Of a stretch of 64,000 bases of DNA, positions 25,544 through 38,745 are shown piece by piece. The translations under genes and the position numbers were made by a program. Within the stretch, counting starts at the first letter, position 1. Every line of letters begins with the position of its first letter. The stretch is taken from contig JAQFVV010000005.1 of the NCBI GenBank assembly GCA_028023455.1, positions 17,298,001 through 17,362,000 of the forward strand, in the 5' to 3' direction. A model generated the notes under the pieces. That model worked only from the letters and a program-made list of their open reading frames with translations, did no database searches and was not told the origin of the DNA. Source of the DNA: Epiperipatus broadwayi (taxonomy: Eukaryota > Animalia > Onychophora).

Positions 25544-28513
25544 TATTGGATGAGTAGGCACTAGATGGGGATTTTATGCACAAGCCTTCTGGCATCCATA
25601 GATTACTCTAGCTTGCTGTGTGTGGCATACGTATAGTGAGTTTTGCCTGTTTTAACAACAGTTATACACAAGCATAAGAGATGGTGGACATGTGATGCTT
25701 ATTGGCTTAAATATTCTTATTGTTATATATATAAATCTTTATGTGAATCTTTATTGAGATATGGAATAACGTTTTTTGGTTTTGCAAGCTTTTCTAATAT
25801 GAATAGATTAGCATTACTGCAAAAAAAAAAAAAATCTAATAGAAGAAAAATATATCAATAAAGAAAAAAGTGTACACAAAAAACAATATTTCATTATTCA
25901 ATCAACTTCTGGATTATATAATTATAGAGAAAAAAAATTTTGATAGTATTTTCAAAAAACCTTACATAAAACAATTTGAAATGTGTCTAAGGAAAACAGG
26001 TATATACATAGTTTCAAAATATTGTAATAAATATGGAACTAGAGTAAGAAATCATTGTTTCTAAATTATTTAATAATTTACCTATAAAATTAAAAAGCGT
26101 ACAACTTTATAAAAAACAAAAAAATATATTAAAGAGGGGAAAAATTAGTATATAAAAAATATATGAATACCTAATGTTAAATAATCAATATTTTTATTAT
26201 ATAATTAATATATTATTGAAATGTAATTTATTGTTATTATTATTAGCTTATCTTATATTATGTTTAAAATTTTATGCAAATACCTATAATATTATAAAAA
26301 TATTCTTTTACAAAAGGCAACTAGGGCTTAGTAGGAGAAGAATGCAATCTATATTTGTGTAAATATATTTTGAATTGTATTCAAATGAATTAATCTAATG
26401 AATGTATTTATTTTAATAAACAATATATTAATATTAATAATAATTTAGCTCCCTGACTGGTTTTCAGAGATCCTAGGTGCAGCAATGACAGGATTCAACA
26501 GGATAACTACTGCAAATAATAGAATATGACAACATTAAGTTCTGCAAAACGTGAATTCGATAAAACTGACATAGACTCATGGAAAAGTTATGTAGAACAT
26601 GTTGAGTATTATAAGTTTATAAATAAGGTAGAAGATGAGCATCACAAAATGTCAACCCTTCTCTATTTTGCAAGGTAAAAAACAGCTTGCAAATAGACTT
26701 ACTGGTCCCAAATATCCAGAGGAACTTCCATATAAAGAAGTTGTAGAAATTTTAAATGGATATTTTATTCTGAGAGTATCAAAATAGGTAGCGGCCAAAA
26801 TTGAGAAACTGAAAACAATTATCACAAGAAAAATATGTGGACTCTAAGAAAGTAGCTAAACACTGTGATTTTGGTCTGGAAATAAACGATGTATTATTGG
26901 AACAGTTCATATATGGCATTAAAGAATGATAATTTCTGAAATGTATTGCTGAGTGATCCTAACCTAAGTTATGAAAGAGCTGTGGAGAAATGTGTCACAT
27001 AAGAAGCTTTACAAAATAATGCAATGGAGTTTATAGAGTCACAAGAGTCAGGAAAAATTTCACACATAAAACAAAATGTAACTGGAATATCTATTAATTA
27101 TCAGTAAAATGTACGTTTTAAATTAATACTAAAATTTATGTTTATTAAAAGTATTATGTAAAACTAACTACATAATAAAGTGGAAATAAATTATAACATT
27201 AATTTAATAATGAGAACAGACTAAAAAGTAAAATCTGATTACATAGGAATTCAATTGGCAATAATTAATTAATAATTGAATTCTAGAAGGATCTAATGTT
27301 TTAAAAAACCTTAATAGATAATAAAATACTTTCTACCTGGAAAATGATGAAACAGATAGATTACTCCAGAAAACAAAAGAGAAAGAAAACTATTTAAGCA
27401 GGGGGGAAAAAAAAGAAAGCCATGTCCTTTTTCTTCTCCCCTCATGTATTCGCATCATTGGGTTATGCATTGATGTGAAGCAGTGAAAGAAACCAGCGGG
27501 GATTTCTTTCCAGACCCAGGATCTTGACCCCTGAAGGTACTTAGGCTGACTAGGGATCAAACAGATAATCCTAATCTTATTATAATCTATATGTGCCTCA
27601 AGGGCTCACAAAAGTAATGACATTTGCCAGAATATTAGGTAAATAGTGGCTTTAATTTAAGTATTAAATGTATTATTAAGCAAGAGACTAATACTTCCTA
27701 GAAAGAGTTTAAGGAGGTGCAGAGATGGAATTGAATTTATGTGTATTCATATTGTAATCTATGTATAGCGTATAACTAATATATATATTGAAGCAATCAG
27801 TGTGTACGCACACACAGAGCTTCATGTTAGTTGTTAGAAATAGTATATATCTAGAGATTTTTAAAGATCAAATATCTAATTTTCATTTTTTTCATTTGTT
27901 TTTTTATTAAAAAGAATAATATACAGATGCATGTGTGTGTTGATGAATGAGATGGCTCATATATATATATATTTATCTTGTTTTATTGAAATGCATTTTT
28001 TTATATATATTTAGAAAGGAAAATATATTTCCTTTGTCTTATATATTTTTCCTAAAAGAAAATTCTTTCTTTGCAAATAACACTTTTTATGGTTCTGTTT
28101 TTTTTTTTTGAAACATTCATAGTTGCATGGAAGTGTTAGTTATTTTCTCATCTTTAAAGGCCATTAAAAATGCAATTAAAATTTTCATACCTTGATGGGA
28201 TTATTGCCAACTGATTTAAATTAAAGATCAATCATTTTCATTTCTAACAAAGGCAGTTATAATATAGGTGTAAAAAATATAGGATTAAACTGAAGGCTTT
28301 GCTGAGTAAAAGTTTTCATATAAATACTGGGCTAATTTTTCTAGTAGGGCAATCAAAGAATCAGAGTTGTTGGCAGTGAAAAAAAAAAGTTTTTTTAAAA
28401 AGTAAAAAAAGTTTTTAATAAGTTAAAAGTAAAATCAGAAGAGAAGAGAAGAAGAATAAAAGTAAAAAATCACTCTCTAATAGACCAATTGACTATATTT
28501 AAGCTGAGGATAG

Positions 28514-28874
28514 TGTAGAATACGGAGATGTTGACTCTAGAAACGTCCGGTTTTACGAGAACGAGAAAAAGAAAACGAGAAGAGGGATGACCAAGATGGT
28601 GTAACGTATAGCCACACGTGGAAACAAATGTCTTATTTTTCATTTGCCGTGAGTAACCAAACTTTTCTTTGAAGAGACAATTATATGTATACTTTTGAAT
28701 TTGTTGCTGTTTTTCCTTATGCACATTTTATTATCTTAAGCATAGACATTTTTTTGTATAATAACACACAATGTGTAACAAATAAACTAGCTTTAAGAAA
28801 GTAAAACTGTCTTCGACTCTAATTTAATCAATTGGGTTTTTGGCTGAGATCATTAACTTCCCGAAAACACTGCA
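28514..28874 (+). repeat. 5' LTR of Gypsy A (361 bp)
   Basis: tgtagaa...actgca; 13 substitutions and one 3-bp indel versus the 3' LTR, counted by eye. Confidence 0.95.
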
Positions 28875-28876
28875 GA

Positions 28877-28895
28877 TGGTGCAGTCGCACAGGAT
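28877..28895 (+). promoter_or_regulatory. Primer-binding site, probably tRNA-Ser
   Basis: tggtgcagtcgcacaggat starts 2 nt after the LTR; resembles the complement of a tRNA-Ser 3' end (tggcgcagtcg...aggat), recalled from memory. Confidence 0.65.
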
Positions 28896-28962
28896 GTTAA
28901 ATCGGAGGTTGTTTTTTTGTGCGTGATTTGGGAAAAGTGAATAGATCAGAAGAGAGATAAAA

Positions 28963-29760
28963 ATGGCAGTACCCTCACACATATTAAGAGATTTTGAAAT
29001 AGGAAACCCGGCAGGATGGACCCTCTACGTTGAACAAATAGATATATGAGATTAAATAAAGTCGAGGATGACGAAACGAAAATCTCGACACTGTTGTATT
29101 TCGCTGGAATAGACGTAGTTCAGATTGCTAAATAGTTGGCCAAGAACAAAACTCCAGAGCAAATACCGTATAAGCTATTAGTTGAAAAACTCACAAATTA
29201 TTTTCAACCAGCAATTACAAAAAGAGTCGCTCATTTGAGATTCAGAATGAGAAAACAAAACACATATGAAAGCTATTCGGAATATAACCTCACATTGCGG
29301 ACATTAGCATGAGACTGTGCATTCCTGGACCTAGATGACATGCTCCTAGACCAGTTCCTATATGGCATGACGGACCACAATCTGAGAAAACTACCCCTCA
29401 GTGAAATAGAGTTTGATTATAGCACAGCGATTGTGAAATGTGTGCCTCACGAGACACTGGTGATTAATGCAAAGGAATTTCGAGAGGGAATCCAAGAAAA
29501 AAATTACACGACAGATGTGCGTAAACAAGAACCATTGAAAACACAACCACAGATGTCGAGAGTCTTTTAGCTGTTATTGTTGTGGTATGAAAGGACACAT
29601 GAAAAGGACATGTAAGAATAGAACTTTGAAATGCCGGACTTGTGGCATTAAGGGCCACATGGAGATCGTTTGCAGAAACAGGGATGGAAAACAATACCGA
29701 AGTGATAAGGGAATGGAAGTGACAAGGAGGGCAGAAATAAAGAAATAAGAGACAAACCTG
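28963..29760 (+). pseudogene. Gypsy A gag with two CCHC zinc knuckles, disrupted
   Basis: MAVPSHILRDFEIG...; CYCCGMKGHMKRTC and CRTCGIKGHMEIVC; in-frame stops and frameshifts. Confidence 0.85.
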
Positions 29761-32729
29761 AGCGAACAAATAGTGCTCGATGTCAGAATAATAAATGTAA
29801 AAGTGATGATGGAGATAGACAGTGGGGCAGGGCTATCCATTCTGTCAATAAAAGACTGGGAGAAAATTAACACCATATCCAAGTCAAAACTAAATTTGGA
29901 TAAGACTAATGTTATAGCCACTGATGTAATTGAAACCAATGTTCAAATATGTGGAAAAATTTCGGTCCCAGTAAAATTAAATAACAAAAGCAAAATTTTG
30001 CCTTTGTACATAGTTAAAAAGAACATAAACCCTTACTGGGCCGAAACTGGTTCCGCCCACTGGGCATATCCATACAAGTGATTAAAACTGTAAAATTAAA
30101 AAATGTAGTGTGACAGAAATTCCCAAGGATATTTGAGGGAAAAATAGGAATACTGAAGATAGACACAGTAGACATAGAACTTACTGATGAGGCTCAACCG
30201 GTAGCAAGCAAACCCAGGAAGGTTCCATTCACACTAAGAGCAAAGGTCGAAGAAAGTCTGTCAGCCCTGGTAAAGGTAGGAGTGTTGTCGCCAGTGGAAA
30301 GTTCAGATTGGGCCACTCCAAATGTGATAGTCACAAAGCCAGACAGGAGTTTATGGATCTGTGGGGACTACAGGTTTACTGTAAACCAATACTTAAAAAA
30401 AAGTGTGTATCCGGTCCCGAATGACACAGAAATAGTGGCATCACTCCAGGAAGCTACACTTTTCACTAAGATAGATTTGAGGTCAGCTTTTCATCAAATC
30501 CCAGTCACAGACAGGTCTGCAAAAATACTAACTCTCTGTACTTATGTTGGTCTTTTCCAGTGCAATAAGCTACCATATGGAATCACGACAGACCCCAATA
30601 TATTCCAAGCTAAAATAGATCAAATAACGCGGAATATGGAGAGGGTGATCCCCTACCTGGATGACCTACTGATTTATGCTAAATCAGAAACCGAACTGAA
30701 GGAACGCGTGCTTACCATATGCGACCAATTGGAAAAAGTGGGAATCAGGATAAATACCACTAAGAGCATTTGGTCCATGAGAGAAATAAAGTTTCTGGGA
30801 CATATTATTGATCAAAATGGAAAACGTCCTAATCCCGAGAAGGTTGACACTATAAAAAACGCTCCAGTACTAAGAAATGTAAAAGACTTACAAGCATTTC
30901 TGGGAATGCTAACTTTCTACGAAACGTTTTTGAAGGGAAAAGGCACAACAGCTAAAACCCCTTTATGCCTTATTACACAAGGATCAGTGCTGGAAATGGA
31001 AGGCTGAATACCAAGCTGTTTTCCAGGCAACCAAGGATTTACCGTCATCTGAAAGTCTGTTGATGCATTACCAAGGTAATCAAGAAGTTATAGTAATTGC
31101 AGATGCTTCGGAATATGGGGTTGGAGCTGTCATATCATACTTGATAAATGGACAAGAATGCCCGATAGCCTATGCCTTCCATACCCTGTCACCCGTGGAA
31201 ACTAACTATAGCCAGTTGGACAAAGAATCCCTCGCTATCATTTTCACGGTAAAGAAATTTCATCAGTACATCTATGGACGAAATTTCACCTTATGCACTG
31301 ATCATCGCCCACTATTAGACATATTAGGTAAGACCAAAAAAACACCTGAAAATAGCAGCCAGAGAATGCTAAGATGGACTAATATACTGGTAGCATACAA
31401 TTATACACTAGTACACAAGCCGGGAAGGGACATACCTCATGCTGATGCCCTATCGCGTCTACCACTGAAGGCGGATAGACCACATGAATTCGTGGAAGTA
31501 AATTTATTGGAAGTGGTGAAGTAGAACAATACTGTATATAGTGCAAAAATAGCAGAGTGGACAGCTAGTGATCAGGGATGTTGCCAAAGGAGGACTTGGA
31601 TAAAGGAAGGATGGCCAAACCACCGTCCTGATAATCTTCATATAGCTATTGGAATGAATCCTTTCTACCTGTAATGGTCGTATCACCAGGACAGATCGTG
31701 TATTCGTACCGATGGAAGGTCTTGCTCAGATCTTAAGACTACTCCATGCCGGACACCTGAGAATAGTGAAAATGAAAGCTTTTGTCGCGTTCATATGTGT
31801 GGTGGCCAGAATTGACCAAGAGATCGAAGAGATGGTGAGACAGTGCCACAGTTGCCAAGCCGAGGCAAACCGGCCAAAAAAAAACGCTGAGCTCTTGGAT
31901 AGAACCAAACAAACCCTGGGAACGGATCCACATTGATTATGCCGGGCCTATAGAGGGACAAATGGTTTTGGTGGTGGAGGATGCATACATCAATTGGGTG
32001 GAATACTGGTTGGTAAGGTCGGCAAACTCGACATGTACCAAAAGGGCTCTCCAAGAGATGTTTACCATGCATGGATACCCCAAGATATTGGTATCGGATA
32101 ATGGAACAAGCTTTGCCTCCACCAGTTTTAGAGACTTCCTGACAGAAAGAGGGATACGTCACATTTTTGCACCGACATACCACCCTGAATCAAATGGTTT
32201 GGCAGAGAATGCGGTCCAGTGTTTAAAAAAGGACCTGAAGAAAACAAGAAAGACCAGGATGAAGGAGGCATTGCTGGAAATCATGTTCTTCCAACATTTT
32301 TTGCCAAGGTCTAAAGCTGGTAAATCACCGGCCGAACTGTTATTCAACAGAACATGTCGCACACACATGTCAACCGTTTTACCCCAAAAGGAAAGAACTA
32401 AGAGAGAACCGGAAAGTGATCCCCATAAACATATGAAAAGGTTCAAAAGAAATGATCCAGTCTGGGTGCGTGATATACTAAGGAAGAGATGGCTACCTGG
32501 AACCATCATAAGTGCACAATCAAGGACAATTTACCAAATAAGACTAGAGAATGGTACATCTGTCCATAAACACATAGACCACTTAAGGAGAAGATCTCCG
32601 TGTGCTCGAACGAATATCCCAGAACCTGTTGGAAATGCCAGTCAATGGGACATCTTACCTAAAGAAGATAAGAAAGTATTGCCACAAATAACACAGGAAG
32701 AGTTTTGCCAAAACAAACCAGATGGATAG
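29761..32729 (+). pseudogene. Gypsy A pol (protease, RT, RNase H, integrase), disrupted
   Basis: EIDSGA; WATPNVIVTKPD..ICGDYR, YLDD; ADASEYGVGAV, YSQLDKESLA, TDHRPL; HAGH..CHSC, SDNGTSF, YHPESNGLAEN. Confidence 0.95.
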
Positions 32730-32853
32730 GTTACTGGAAGTTACAGACCCGATACATGACACTGATAGCGGGCCAACCCAACAAGCTGAAGAGTTCACCG
32801 TGAGTGTAGGTTGCCAGAAAGGTTGAAGGACTATGTTCTAGAATGAGGGAAGA

Positions 32854-33217
32854 TGTAGAATATGGAGACATTGACTCTAGAAATGTCCGGTTTTACGAGA
32901 ATGGGAAAAAGAAAACGAGAAGAGGGATGACCAAGATGGTGTAACATATAGCCACATGTGGAACCAAATGTCTTATTTTTCATTTGCCATGAGTAACCGA
33001 ACTTTTCTTTGAAGAGACTTTAATTATATGTATACTTTTGAATTTGTTGCTGTTTTTCCTTATGCACATTTTATTATCTTAAGCATAGACATTTTTTTGT
33101 ATAATAACACACAATGTGTAACAAATAAACTAGCTTTAAGAAAGTAAAACTGTCTTCGACTCTAATTTAATCAATTGGGTTTTCGGCTGAGATCGTTAAC
33201 TTCCCGAAAACACTGCA
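32854..33217 (+). repeat. 3' LTR of Gypsy A (364 bp)
   Basis: Preceded by purine tract gaatgagggaaga (32841-32853). Confidence 0.95.
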
Positions 33218-35364
33218 GACAGATAATTGCTATGATCTGTGAGGAGTAGAAAAATTTACCGTTCCCTTCTCTGGGAAAATCTCCAGAAAAAAATGCATCT
33301 AAAGAAGAAGAAATCCAATTGATTCCATGCTGCTGCCAAAAGAAATGGAGAACCAACTTCGAAGCCAGTCTATCCTGAGTCCTATAAAGTCTAAGGTCGC
33401 TCCTGAAATAAGTGAACCAGTAAGAAAATAGCTGCCTCAATCAAAGTGACACAGTAATCCATCGCAAGTATGAACTTTCAATCTTTAAAAAATATTTATA
33501 TCTTTAAAAAATGCCTTCTATAAAAACTCTAGAATATTTAGTTTTCCTCAGATTTATAAAATTCGTAAAAGACTCTATCTTAAAAAAATGTGTTTCAAAA
33601 GGACAGTGATATATATATATGAGTGCTTTAGTTTTTTTTTGTTACTATTTTATTTAACAAGTCAATTTGTGTTATGACTAGATTACTTATTAATGGTAGA
33701 AAAAAAGAGTGTAATGTCTAATTCTAAGTGGAACAAAAGATTACTATAGAATTTATAAATACAACTTTTATATATTTTATTTTGAGATATGCCAGTATGT
33801 TTTCTTTAGGTATAAAAATATATGTTTGATTGACTAATTTATTTATGCCAATACAGTCAAGTATGGGGACAAATGATGTTTTACTATTAACCCAATTTAT
33901 GTATAAATTTGTTTGCTTTATCCCGAATCTAAAGTGGGAGGGGGGGTAACGATTTTTATAATGGTAAAATAAGAAACAGTCAAACTTAAATTTCTTAAAT
34001 CGTGTCTAATTCTGGCTTAGTTAAAAATGTCATTTATTTAAAAAAAACAGAGAGAGAGAGAAAAGAAATCAAATATAGGTATTAAAATCCACCCTCTTCC
34101 ATATATACATAATTACAATACCTTACTAAAGAAAACTGAAAATATAAATGAGTGTTAAAATTATTATTTATTTGATTTAGATTAAGATTCTTTGTGACAA
34201 TTTTAAAATCATATTAATAGTAATAATGATGGTGCTTCTTTTCTTAAATATAAAACGGACAATATTACTTATTACAAAGATATGTATTCATCTCACTCTA
34301 ATATATATTTAGTGATGCATGCATTTGGGGAAAGAGTAATATCTCAGCAGTAGTGTTTTTTTTGCCTCTTTAGCATTTTATGGTTAAACTTTATATTTGA
34401 AACCCTTGGGCATTTTATAGCCTATAAAATATGGTTATTTTAAAATTTCCCATTATTACTTATAAAACACAGGCTTAAGAAAATATCTATACAGATATAA
34501 GTTAATGCTTTTTATGGGCAAATATATCAGTGTTGCTTAATAGAATGATCTGTGCCTATATGGCTTTTAATAATGAATATGTCGAGTAATGCTACGTGAG
34601 CTGCCAGACGATCTTTCCTGGAGATAGCCATGTTAGTGAGCTGATAAATGGGTATACACTATGACGATAGGGATTCAAAGCCCAGCTCAATTATTTCCTA
34701 CACAGGCCAAGCTGATTGCGGCAGTGTTATCATAGGAACTTATATATATTTTATTGCTCGATTAAGGAGATTGGCCCATGTTTGCCAATGCCAATAATAA
34801 TATAGCCGGCACAGGATTCAAACACAGATGCCACTGAATGCTGTAATTAGATTTCTTGATCATGCCAGTTGGTAATACTATGTGGGATAGATAAACCATA
34901 TTTACCATATAACTATTGATAATGAAGGGAGCTAAAATTATGCTTTGGTCCATAACTTCTGCTGGGAATAATAAAAGTAATTATAATAATAAAAATATAT
35001 ACTTAGCTTTCCCTATGTATGTGAACACACACATAAATTCGTGTATATATATTTCTGGCTGCTAACCTAATTTAACCAGGTATTGCATTTACTCTTGATG
35101 ACTGGCATAATAATTTTATAGTGGCATATTTCTTAATCAAATATAATCATTATTAATATAAAAATTTGTTTTATGCTTACACACATATAATACTGATATT
35201 TACTATGTGTTGTAAATATTGTAATTAATAACTGACTGATTCATAATTGTGTTTGTCATGAATTCCAGTATGACTTCATTGAACACATACACACATTTAA
35301 TATTGATGTTTGTGATTGTCATTGTTATTTTAGTTCATAACCTTGGTGGTCATTATTGACAGGC

Positions 35365-35600
35365 AATTCTTTGTAAAAAATCATATATTTATCATAGTGA
35401 TATCTAAATACTGTTCCTTTCTAAATAACTGATAGTTGAATATTGTAATTCTTTTAAAATCATACATTTATCATAGTGATATCTAAATACTGTACCTTTA
35501 TAAATAACTGATATTTGAATATTGTAATTCTTTGTAAAAATAATACATTTATCCTTGTGATATCACTATCAATAACTGAGAGTTAAATGTTGGAATTGTT
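35365..35600. repeat. Minisatellite, unit about 80 bp, about 3 copies
   Basis: aattcttt...atcatagtgatatctaaatactg...aataactgata recurs at 35365, 35447 and 35526. Confidence 0.75.
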
Positions 35601-37719
35601 ATTTTTGGTTTAAATGTAACCCCGATATTGTAATTATTATTTTTTGGTTTAAATGTAACCCCATACATGGATCATAATAAGATCCATACACTGTTATTAT
35701 TATCTCTATCATCTAATGAATTGTATTAATAAATCATATATATCTATATAGTTGTCATGTCATTCCCTGATTCATCATATCCACCCAACTATGTCCACAC
35801 TTAATTAAATCATTTATGTGTATTCAAAACCTATGAACTATTTGTAAAATTCTGAACTGTATCAAAGTATTAGGTGAGTATCTTAGATTAATTTAAGAAT
35901 TCTATTGCATGACAGGCTAGGTTTGAAATTATAGAGTCCTTGTTTTACCCTGACCATCGCGACCAAAGAAAAACGATGACCAGTAGTAGCATCAGGAGTG
36001 TTGGTTGGATAATGGAGATTTTGGAGCACTGGCAAATAGGTTAAAGCTTAGTATTGTTCCGCGAATACCATATCCCGAACATGCTGGGTTTGAAGTACTT
36101 TTGCTAGGTCTCTGAATCTTGTTGGCTGATCACATGATTCTGACTGTTACAATATATATATATGTAAGAATATTTTTGTTATGTTATTAAAATTGGTTTG
36201 GAAATTGATCTGCAGTGGGGTTATTTTACTTTACTGAAAAAAAAAAAAAATTTAAAAATCATATTGCTAGTCTTAATCAAGAGAAAGTGAAAGATCAAGA
36301 CATAGCAAAATCTAGCACAGTTGTTATTTCGAACATAGCTAGAGGAATAATTAGCTTAGGGAAGGATAGTAATAATAAACAATCGAAATGTTGTTGTTTG
36401 GACAAACAACCATAGGCAAGTTTGATGTGGGGAACATCGCAGAATAGTCACTATATGTAACACAGATAGAGAACTTTTTTTTACCTTGAATGGCATTCAA
36501 GACAATAAAAGTGGTAGCAGTTTTGTGTTTTTTGGGAAAGAAAGTTATAGAAATTGTTAATAAATTTTATAACCCCTCCCCCAACATGATAGTGTAGAAT
36601 ATGAGTAATTAGTTAAGAAACTAATAGAATATTTTAGTCCTCAGCCATCCTGTCACATAACTCATTTAAAACTAAGGAATAGAAAACAATTTAAAGGGGA
36701 ATCAATACAAGTTTAATTCAGCCCTTAGAGAGCTAACTAAGGATTGCAGGTATGAGGATTATATAAAAAAGATACTCCTTGACCAATTACTCTGGAGTAT
36801 GTACAATGATAGATTGCAAGAACAATTAATAACTGATACTGATTAAAAATATCAGAGTGCTATTTAAAAAGGCATAGCTTACAAGCTAATAAGAAAGCAA
36901 GCTCAAGCTTTTTAAAATAAAACTGAAGATAGTCTAAATACACAGATTTATAAAACAGTCAGAGAGAAAATGTAGTAATCCACACAAACCTGAACTGGAA
37001 AAGGGAATAAAAATGGCATGTTATTGCGGCAGTAAAAATGTTCATAAAGCAAATGAGCGCAAATGAAGAGAAATATTTTAAATGTGGTTTTAGGGGCACA
37101 TCGTGCACATGTGTAGAAAACCCAGTAATGAGTTAAATAAAGAGAAAATGTGAGGACAAAAGAATAGGGGAGATAAACCCAATATTAAATTTACTGTTAG
37201 AAATACAGGTATGGAGGAGTAACAATAATTCACATGATCGAATTGGAAACTTGCAGAGTAAATATGAAAATGGAAATAGATAGAACTGGAGAGCACTATC
37301 AGCAGCCGACGCTATGTTAAAACTTGAAAAAACTAATGTAAAAGCTCGTGATGTAAGCAGCAATGCATTAAACATACTGGGAAAAGTACAGATACCGGTT
37401 AGAAACCATGATAAAATAATTAGATTGTCGCTATACATAATGCAAGGGAGATTCAGCCCTATAATAGAAAGGGACTGGTTTAAAGCAACTGGAATTCAAG
37501 TTAGCATATTTAAAAAAAATTGCCCTCGAAAGAGAAGTTAAAAACAAATGCCCAGACCTATTGTCCGATGAGTTAGGTAAGATAGCTACAAGCCTGGTAG
37601 AGATTGAGCTAGTTGACAATGCATGCCCCACAATTTGCAAACCACAAAAGATACCATTTTCTCAAAGAACAAAAGTACAAAAAAAAAAAATCCAGTCATT
37701 GGTCAATAAAGGCTTATTG

Positions 37720-38745
37720 TTGTAATATGCATTCGAATTAAAGATCTTACCCCCTACCTTATGTAGTATTTGATACTAATAATTGTAAGACCGTATCGTG
37801 CTTCCCTACAAATTTTGGAAAGTGGAAAAAATTGCAAAAGGTCATGGAAGCACCTTTTCTAAAACTCACGTGAATATCTACGTAAATTACTAGACAAATA
37901 AAATATCTGAGGTTGCACATAGTTTTGTAAATCATAAATTTGGTTTGATCAGTGATGACAAATTATTTGTCAATCACCCACCCCAAAAAAAAACAATAAA
38001 ATAACATCAAAACTTTTGCCTTTTTCAACTTTGGTTTTTTTTTTTTTTTTTAAAAAAAAAATACAGCGACTTTCTTTTTTTTTTTTGGCTATACGGCGAT
38101 TTTTGTTTCGGCTTTATTTGTACACTGCTGATATACTAAAACTTTTCTTTTTAAAACCAATTTTTATTAACTTTTTTTAAAAAATAAATCAAACCAAAAA
38201 TAACTTTGGTCTGGCTATACGGCGATTTTTGTTTCGGCTTTATTTGTACACTGCTGATATACTAAAACTTTTCTTTTTAAAACCAATTTTTATTAACTTT
38301 TTTTAAAAAATAAATCAAACCAAAAATAACTTTGGTCTCAGTGACAACAAATTTTTCTTTCCATCTCCCCCCAAAAAAGTTAAACTAAGATCAAAACTTT
38401 TGACTTTTTCAACTTTGGTTTTCTTTTTTGTTTTTAAAATACAGCGATTATATGTGATTTTTGTTTTGGCTTTATTTGTATTACGTGATGTTTTTAATTT
38501 TGCCATTTTTGAAAAGAAAATGTACAAATATTTGAATCAAATCTTGTATCATAAATTATTTACAAGAATGTCAAAATATTGGTAAAAAGTCATATCAAAT
38601 GTTATAATATGTCAAAAGATGAGTAAAAAAGTCGTATCAAATATCCAAATATTTTTTAAAAAGGTGGAGAAAATGTAAAAATATTTTAATAAAAGTTGGA
38701 GAAAATGTAAAAATATTTTAATTAAAAATAGTCAGATGCGGATCG
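37720..38745. mobile_element. Unclassified non-coding insertion interrupting the RT of element B
   Basis: T/A-run-rich DNA with internal sub-repeats and an exact 126-bp tandem duplication; RT-like sequence stops before it and resumes after it; no terminal inverted repeat recognised. Confidence 0.5.

Larger units (their letters stand above)
25333..25706. mobile_element. Short fold-back insertion carrying a tandem hammerhead pair
   Basis: 15-bp TSD ttaaatattcttatt (25318-25332 and 25707-25721). 96-bp inverted arms 25333-25428 / 25558-25653 enclose two 58-bp direct repeats, followed by a 53-bp unpaired tail. Interrupts a LINE RT relic. Confidence 0.9.
25040..26300 (+). mobile_element. CR1/L2-group LINE 3' relic inside the LTR of element C
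   Basis: VRYLGMMI, FYKIKDIFLLNILI|VIYKSLCESLLRYG (rejoined across the TSD), KYGTRV..LNNLP. Confidence 0.65.
28514..33217 (+). mobile_element. Ty3/Gypsy LTR retrotransposon A (Mag-like), structurally complete but with disabled ORFs
   Basis: TG...CA LTRs 28514-28874 and 32854-33217; TSD gatag/gacag; PBS and polypurine tract present; order gag-protease-RT-RNaseH-integrase. Confidence 0.95.

Noticed and set aside
25440-25555. CRISPR-like reading of the 58-bp direct repeats
   Set aside because: The repeats are contiguous with no unique spacers, no cas genes are present, and the context is eukaryotic.
29464-32509. Minus-strand ORFs within Gypsy A
   Set aside because: Antisense shadows of gag/pol with no recognisable motifs.
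35945-36150. GC-richer block as another host exon
   Set aside because: Stops in all three minus-strand frames from the plausible acceptors; more likely part of a repeat in the nested block.
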